From the IMG/VR virus record IMGVR_UViG_3300023110_000006: a stretch of 64,000 bases of DNA; one strand, given 5' to 3'. Of this stretch, positions 58,801 to 64,000 are shown piece by piece. Position numbers and translations under genes: made by a program. The notes below the pieces were generated by a model. That model made no database searches. It saw nothing but the letters and a program-made list of their open reading frames with translations, and had not been told where the DNA came from. This stretch comes from a virus. Positions within the stretch are counted from its first letter, which is position 1. Each line of letters begins with the position of its first letter.

Positions 58801-59802
58801 ATGGCATCATTAGCTGAAATCCGAGCAAAGCTCAAAGAACAAGAGAACCGCACAAGTGGTAACTCTTCCGGCGGCGGCGACAACGCAATTTACCCATTTT
58901 GGAATATGAAAGAAGGCGACACTGCAACGTTGCGTTTCTTACCTGATGGGAATAAAGATAACACTTTTTTCTGGGTAGAACGTTTGTTAATTAAACTTCC
59001 GTTCCAAGGTATTAAAGGTGAAACTGATTCACGTCCAGTACAAGTACAAGTTCCATGTATGGAAATGTATGGAGAATCATGTAATATTCTTAATGAAGTA
59101 CGTGGTTGGTTTAAAGATCCAAGTCTTGAAGATATGGGTCGTAAATATTGGAAGAAACGTTCATATGTATTCCAAGGTTTTGTAACTGATAATCCTTTAT
59201 CGGAAGATACAACTCCAGAAAATCCAATTAGACGTTTTATAATTGGTCCGCAAATTTTCCAAATCATCAAGCAAGCATTGATGGATCCAGACATGGAAGA
59301 ATTGCCAACTGATTACACAGCTGGTGTAGACTTCCGTCTTAACAAAGCAAGCAAAGGCGGTTATGCTGACTATTCAACATCAACTTGGGCACGTAGAGAT
59401 CGTCCATTAGGTGATTCAGAAATGAATGCTATTAATACGCATGGGTTGTTTAACCTAAGTGATTTCCTTCCTAAAAAACCAGGTGATGTAGAACTTAAAG
59501 TTATGCAAGAAATGTTTGAAGCATCAGTAGATGGTGAAGCATACGATATGGACAGATTTGGTCAATATTTCCGTCCAGCAGGTATGGCGGCACGTACAGG
59601 TGATCCAAAAGCACAAGCAACACAAGCAACACCTGTTGCAACAAAAACAGAAGCACCTAAGCAAGCTGAACCAGTTGTAGAAACAGCACCTGCAACTGCA
59701 CCAGTAGCAGAAGCGGCTCCTGTTGCTGAAACTGCTCCAACAGCATCTGGTGGTGATGCACAAGACATTCTAGCAATGATCCGTGCAAGACAAAACCAGT
59801 AA
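58801..59802 (+). CDS. gp32: Single-stranded DNA-binding protein (T4 gp32-like)
   Basis: LRFLPDG, PC...SC, YWKKRSY, DYTAGVDF, YADYSTS; Ala/Pro-rich linker and DILAMIRAR tail; SD AGGAGG. Confidence 0.85.
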   Translation: MASLAEIRAKLKEQENRTSGNSSGGGDNAIYPFWNMKEGDTATLRFLPDGNKDNTFFWVERLLIKLPFQGIKGETDSRPVQVQVPCMEMYGESCNILNEVRGWFKDPSLEDMGRKYWKKRSYVFQGFVTDNPLSEDTTPENPIRRFIIGPQIFQIIKQALMDPDMEELPTDYTAGVDFRLNKASKGGYADYSTSTWARRDRPLGDSEMNAINTHGLFNLSDFLPKKPGDVELKVMQEMFEASVDGEAYDMDRFGQYFRPAGMAARTGDPKAQATQATPVATKTEAPKQAEPVVETAPATAPVAEAAPVAETAPTASGGDAQDILAMIRARQNQ

Positions 59803-59810
59803 ACAAAATA

Positions 59811-59830
59811 TGTGGGGGGAAACCCCCACA
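59811..59830 (+). other. GC-rich GAAA-tetraloop hairpin between ssb and uvsX
   Basis: TGTGGGGG-GAAA-CCCCCACA; no U-tract, so probably an mRNA stability or partial termination element. Confidence 0.6.
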
Positions 59831-59849
59831 CTAACTTTAAGGAGTAACT

Positions 59850-60929
59850 ATGGCAAAAGCATTTGATCCTAGTAAATTTAGGACATCATTAACGAAATCT
59901 ATTTCAGGTATGAGTGCAGGATTTAACGATCCAACTGATTGGATTTCAACAGGCAACTATGCACTCAACTATCTAGTATCAGGAGACTTCCATAAAGGTG
60001 TTCCACTAGGTAAAGTAACTGTATTTGCAGGCGAAAGTGGTGCAGGTAAAAGTTATATTTGTGCAGGTAACATTGTGAAAGCCGCACAAGAGCAAGGTAT
60101 CTTTGTAGTTCTAATTGATAGTGAAAACGCTCTTGACGAAGCGTGGTTACATGCACTTGATGTAGATACAAGCGAAGATAAACTACTTAAACTTAACATG
60201 TCAATGATCGATGACGTTGCTAAAACTATTAGTGTGTTTATGGCAGACTACAAAGCAATGGACGAAGAAGAACGACCTAAGGTGTTGTTTGTTATTGATA
60301 GTTTAGGTATGTTACTAACACCTACAGATGTTGATCAGTTTAACAAGGGTGATATGAAAGGTGATATGGGCCGTAAGCCTAAGGCACTAACTGCACTTGT
60401 TCGTAACACAGTTAACATGATTGGTTCACATAACGTAGGACTTGTATGTACTAACCATACGTATGCATCGCAAGATATGTTTGACCCAGATGACAAGATC
60501 TCAGGCGGTCAAGGATTTATCTATGCATCTTCGATTGTTGTAGCAATGAAAAAACTAAAACTAAAAGAAGATGAAGATGGCAACAAGATCAGCGAAGTAC
60601 GTGGTATTCGTGCTGGTTGTAAAGTAATGAAAACACGTTACGCAAAACCTTTCGAAGGCGTACAAGTAAAGATTCCTTATGAAACAGGAATGAATCCTTA
60701 CAGCGGACTTGTTGAACTTTTTGAAAAACAAGGTATGATTGTTAAAGATGGAAATAGGTTAAAGTATATAGATTCATCTGGTACAGAACACAAAGAGTAC
60801 AGAAAAAATTGGACGGGTGAATTACTCGATATGGTAATGAATGATTATAAAAATCTAGAGTCAGAGGTAAATACCGCAGACGACGATGTCATAGAAAACC
60901 ATAACGAGGAGCCTGTATTAAATGACTGA
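59850..60929 (+). CDS. uvsX: RecA-like recombinase
   Basis: ISTGNYALN, AGESGAGKS, IDSENALD, VIDSLGML, TNHTY, SGGQG. Confidence 0.93.
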   Translation: MAKAFDPSKFRTSLTKSISGMSAGFNDPTDWISTGNYALNYLVSGDFHKGVPLGKVTVFAGESGAGKSYICAGNIVKAAQEQGIFVVLIDSENALDEAWLHALDVDTSEDKLLKLNMSMIDDVAKTISVFMADYKAMDEEERPKVLFVIDSLGMLLTPTDVDQFNKGDMKGDMGRKPKALTALVRNTVNMIGSHNVGLVCTNHTYASQDMFDPDDKISGGQGFIYASSIVVAMKKLKLKEDEDGNKISEVRGIRAGCKVMKTRYAKPFEGVQVKIPYETGMNPYSGLVELFEKQGMIVKDGNRLKYIDSSGTEHKEYRKNWTGELLDMVMNDYKNLESEVNTADDDVIENHNEEPVLND

Positions 60930-61158
60930 AGAACAAATTCAAGAAATTTGGAATACCTTTAAAGAGTATCTTGACAAAAAACACATAGAAACTGCCGCAG
61001 AAAGATTTGTTGATCTTATGGCAGACTATGGTGTTGAGGACAAAACATTTTATGATTCTTTAGGTAATGACGAAGTATTAGATAATGCTATTAACTATTA
61101 CTTAGATGAAGATGCAGAAGATGTTTATGATGATGAAGATGAGGATTACTGGAATTAG
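60922..61158 (+). CDS. Small acidic hypothetical protein
   Basis: 78 aa, SD GAGGAG, D/E-rich tail. Confidence 0.6.
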   Translation: MTEEQIQEIWNTFKEYLDKKHIETAAERFVDLMADYGVEDKTFYDSLGNDEVLDNAINYYLDEDAEDVYDDEDEDYWN

Positions 61159-61160
61159 CA

Positions 61161-61616
61161 ATGGGTTGGTATAGCGAAATATCTCGTGATATAAGTAAGA
61201 TTCCTACAGCAATACAATTCTTTGAAAGCGAATTACACGATGCTAGATTAGAATGTAAATTGTCAGGCAACTTAGAAAAAGCGAGTGCGGCTATGCCAGG
61301 CATTGTTGAACACCGTTTCAATCAACTTCAGGAAATTGAAGCTATACTAAACTATTTGAATATTGAGCTACGTAGATTGCGTAGCTCATATTTTAAAAAA
61401 TATCTTGAAAACTACCAACGTGCATTAAGCAGTCGTGATGTTGAAAAATATGTCGATGGCGAAGCAGATGTTGTTGACTACGAAAAAATTATTAATGAAT
61501 TTGCACTTATTCGTAACAAATGGTTAGGTGTGTTAAAAGCACTTGATCAGAAACAATGGCAAATAACAAACATTGTTAAACTACGAGTAGCCGGAATGGA
61601 AGATGCATCAATTTAA
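61161..61616 (+). CDS. uvsY: Recombination mediator (UvsY-like)
   Basis: Helical; YLENY.RALSSRDVEKYVDGE, LKALDQKQWQITNIVKLR; near uvsX. Confidence 0.75.
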   Translation: MGWYSEISRDISKIPTAIQFFESELHDARLECKLSGNLEKASAAMPGIVEHRFNQLQEIEAILNYLNIELRRLRSSYFKKYLENYQRALSSRDVEKYVDGEADVVDYEKIINEFALIRNKWLGVLKALDQKQWQITNIVKLRVAGMEDASI

Positions 61617-61620
61617 TTAA

Positions 61621-61628
61621 ATTAAATA
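61621..61628 (+). promoter_or_regulatory. Late promoter motif ATTAAATA (leaderless)
   Basis: 5 nt before ATG 61634, no SD. Confidence 0.5.
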
Positions 61629-61633
61629 TTGGT

Positions 61634-62422
61634 ATGAAATATACCTTTGTTACAAGTCTAAATAAAGACTACTGGAATTCAACAAGTAAAATTAATTTAG
61701 AAAGCTGGTGCAACTGCTTACCAGACGATGTAAATATCGTTGTTTACAGTGAAGATTTAATACACACTGACAGAGTTAACAAACGTTTAGTTTACAAGCC
61801 TTTGTACGACTTATGTAAACCTTTAGTTGAGTTTAAATTAAAACATAAAGATAATCCTCATTACAATGGGCAAATAGGACGCAAGTTAGAAGGCAGTTCA
61901 AAAGCATTTAAATGGAATGGAATAAAGTTTGCTCATAAAACATTTTCTATTTTTACAGAAGCTAAGACACTTGATGAAGGATATTTGATATGGTTAGATG
62001 CTGACGTCCTAATGCATCAGTTTATTGATCATGAATATTTAAAAAGATTATTTCCAGAAGACAAAGCTATATCTTACCTAGGACGTCCTAATGAATACGA
62101 TGAATGCGGATTAATGGGTTATAATTTAAATAACCCACTAGCAAAAGATTTTTTAAATAAGTTTGAAAATTTATACCTTACCGGTTTAGATCATTTGCGT
62201 GAAACACACGATAGTTGGGTCTTTTATCAATTGCGACTTAGCTATGATGATCAGAGTCAATTTTTAAATTTAAATCCCAATCCTGTGAATAATAAAAGTC
62301 CTTTTAACAATAGCGGTATAAAAGAAGTTATGGTACACACTAAAGGAAAAAACAAAGAACGTTTACAGCAAAAGTTTTTGAAACGCTTTATGTTAGAAGA
62401 AAGACGTAGACAAAATGCTTGA
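61634..62422 (+). CDS. GT-A fold glycosyltransferase-like protein
   Basis: FVTS, KFAHK, IWLDADV (DxD), ECGLMGYN, HDSWVF, HTKG. Confidence 0.65.
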   Translation: MKYTFVTSLNKDYWNSTSKINLESWCNCLPDDVNIVVYSEDLIHTDRVNKRLVYKPLYDLCKPLVEFKLKHKDNPHYNGQIGRKLEGSSKAFKWNGIKFAHKTFSIFTEAKTLDEGYLIWLDADVLMHQFIDHEYLKRLFPEDKAISYLGRPNEYDECGLMGYNLNNPLAKDFLNKFENLYLTGLDHLRETHDSWVFYQLRLSYDDQSQFLNLNPNPVNNKSPFNNSGIKEVMVHTKGKNKERLQQKFLKRFMLEERRRQNA

Positions 62423-62975
62423 AGAACATCTTGGCGGACATGGAAATAAAACACATCTAGATGAAGGTGTTATTAACTGGTGTATAAAAACATTAGGTAT
62501 AAAAAGCTATCTTGATATAGGTTGCGGTCCAGGCGGCATGGTTGAACTTGCTGAAGAGAAAAATTTAAAAGTATTAGGTGTAGATGGCGATCATACTCTT
62601 GAAAGAAAAAATGCTAACAATTTTTTAATTCATGATTTTACAAAAGGTCCTGCGCCTATAAAAGAAAAATATGATTTAGGTTGGAGTGTAGAATTTGTTG
62701 AACATGTGTACGAAGAATACCAACCAAATTATATGCCAGCATTTCAACAATGTAAGTATGTGATAATGACATACGCACCTCCAGGCTGGAAAGGTCATCA
62801 TCATGTAAACTTGCAAGAAGAACAATATTGGATTGATAAATTTAAAGAATATGGATTCTTTCATATAAGAGCATATACAGATGTAATTAGACAAGTGAGC
62901 ACAATGAACGCACACAAACGTAAGAAAGCGTTTGTTCGAAATAGAGGATTATTTTTTGAAAATAGTAGCTATTAA
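62415..62975 (+). CDS. Class I SAM-dependent methyltransferase
   Basis: YLDIGCGPG, GVDG, DLGWSVEFVEH, PGWKGHHHVN. Confidence 0.85.
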   Translation: MLEEHLGGHGNKTHLDEGVINWCIKTLGIKSYLDIGCGPGGMVELAEEKNLKVLGVDGDHTLERKNANNFLIHDFTKGPAPIKEKYDLGWSVEFVEHVYEEYQPNYMPAFQQCKYVIMTYAPPGWKGHHHVNLQEEQYWIDKFKEYGFFHIRAYTDVIRQVSTMNAHKRKKAFVRNRGLFFENSSY

Positions 62976-63852
62976 AGAACTAATGTGGAGTTATCATCCT
63001 TTGCCTAAGGATTGGATAACTGTACCATTTAGTGACAAAGGTACAATAGAGAATGCAGATGTACTCGTGCAAAGTAATCAGTCCGGATCAAAAAAAGAAA
63101 AGAAAATAGGACACATTTACAAATATGTAAAAGAATCTGGTAAGCCTTTTATTGTAACTGAAAGTGCAGTGTTTAGAAAAAATATGCCACAACCACCTAA
63201 TCCAATGGCATATCACAGATACAGTTGGACAAGTTATTTTAGAGACGAAGGCGATTACTGTAATGAAAATAGTCCATCAGATAGATGGGAGCAGGTTAAA
63301 AAAGATCAAAATCTTACAGTTAAAGATTGGCGCACAAAAGGTGATTATGTCCTTGTTATGCTACAACGTCCTGGAGATAGTAGCTTAGTAAATTTAATAA
63401 AGAAGCACAAAAGTTACGAAGGATTTGTAACGCATACACTACAAGAGATAAAGCAAAATACTGATAGACCTATTAGAGTACGTATGCATCCATTACGTCA
63501 AGATAGACAGTTAGCAATACTGAAGAACTTTGATGTTACTATAAGTGATAATATGGAAGGTGCAGGAATTTTAGAAGGTGGTACAGGATTACAAAAAGAC
63601 TTTGATAATGCTTGGTGTGTTGTAGGCTTTAACAGTAACGGACTTACAGAAAGTGTTATGGAGGGAATACCAACATTCAGCATGTGTCCTAGTTCAATGG
63701 CTTGGGACGTTTCAAATAAAACATTAAAACTTATTGAACAGCCTATGATGTTTGAAAGACAACAATGGCTCAACAATCTAGCATATTGTCAATGGCGTGA
63801 AGATGAATGTGTAGCCGGATTGCCATGGGAGCACTTAAAGAAGGCTTTGTAA
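62956..63852 (+). CDS. Capsule-polysaccharide-biosynthesis (KpsC/KpsS-like) GT-B protein
   Basis: VLVMLQRPGD, RVRMHP, VVGFNSNGLTESVMEGIP, RQQWLNNLAYCQW; start taken as TTG 62956 (SD GAGG at 62944). Confidence 0.6.
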   Translation: MKIVAIKELMWSYHPLPKDWITVPFSDKGTIENADVLVQSNQSGSKKEKKIGHIYKYVKESGKPFIVTESAVFRKNMPQPPNPMAYHRYSWTSYFRDEGDYCNENSPSDRWEQVKKDQNLTVKDWRTKGDYVLVMLQRPGDSSLVNLIKKHKSYEGFVTHTLQEIKQNTDRPIRVRMHPLRQDRQLAILKNFDVTISDNMEGAGILEGGTGLQKDFDNAWCVVGFNSNGLTESVMEGIPTFSMCPSSMAWDVSNKTLKLIEQPMMFERQQWLNNLAYCQWREDECVAGLPWEHLKKAL

Positions 63853-63999
63853 ATACGGTTCAGTAATTTTTACATCTTCTTTAAAATAATCATTAATTAA
63901 TGTATACAAATTTCCCGACTTTTTAAATTTTTCTGCAATTACATGTCCACCAAATACAGTCTGTTTATTAATATTAGGAGTATCAGGCATCATACTCAT
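63835..63999 (-). CDS. C-terminal end of a minus-strand gene (possibly sulfotransferase-like), truncated by window edge
   Basis: Open frame ...PNINKQ...LINDYFKEDVKITEPYLQSLL*, convergent with 62956. Confidence 0.3.
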   Translation of the reverse strand: MSMMPDTPNINKQTVFGGHVIAEKFKKSGNLYTLINDYFKEDVKITEPYLQSLL

Positions 64000-64000
64000 A

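Noticed and set aside
2212-60171. Many short minus-strand ORFs opposite large genes (e.g. 9898-10380, 15846-16346, 19675-20169, 29305-29832, 48056-48481, 58890-59294)
   Set aside because: Antisense shadows of codon-biased real genes; no SD or promoter, no recognisable motifs
43855-62955. ORF-track starts at 43855, 44656, 55023, 56615 and 62932
   Set aside because: Downstream starts (43870, 44671, 55038, 56630, 62956) fit SD or promoter spacing better
128-63388. Short alternative-frame plus-strand ORFs inside genes (128-367, 23375-23650, 24352-24534, 49744-49977, 63164-63388)
   Set aside because: Fully nested in well-supported CDSs, with no independent evidence
1-64000. Stop-codon recoding or alternative genetic code
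   Set aside because: The standard code gives dense, full-length ORFs, and TAA, TAG and TGA are all used as stops

Overview
This window is a 64 kb segment of a large, AT-rich (about one third GC by eye) T4-related myovirus. It is almost fully coding, and I saw no rRNA, tRNA, CRISPR array or IS element. 1-37.3 kb is a fibre/baseplate-appendage region. It holds two paralogous pairs of giant fibre proteins (868/5258 and 11443/16346), a 2470-aa repeat protein and three ~10% Cys Gly-rich proteins. It also holds a cupredoxin-domain protein and a probable fibre chaperone, followed by a GT9 heptosyltransferase-like / SGNH-like / O-carbamoyltransferase cassette. 37.3-43.8 kb (minus strand) carries gp14 and gp15 neck/tail-completion genes, a NUDIX hydrolase and a coupled ADP-heptose operon (hldE, hldD, cupin, gmhB, 2OG oxygenase; no gmhA). 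43.9-61.6 kb carries gp13, two 2OG oxygenases, dNMP kinase, an HNH-like protein, tail sheath, tail tube, gp4, large terminase, gp32-like SSB, uvsX and uvsY. A second glycan-modification cluster begins at 61.6 kb. The best candidate for an undescribed system, by inference, is a phage-encoded pathway that makes ADP-heptose and transfers and tailors it onto virion fibres or host surface glycan. In that model the cupin may replace GmhA, and D-S-[S/T] loop insertions are candidate acceptor sites. Other notable signals are phycobiliprotein-like C-x-R-D-x14-GG motifs and a type-1 copper motif in virion proteins, apparent GCWGC avoidance, many leaderless genes, a palindromic bidirectional late promoter, a structured 5' leader RNA and a 14-nt-phased repeat over the ssb ribosome-binding site. 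All calls come from reading motifs by eye; no searches were run.
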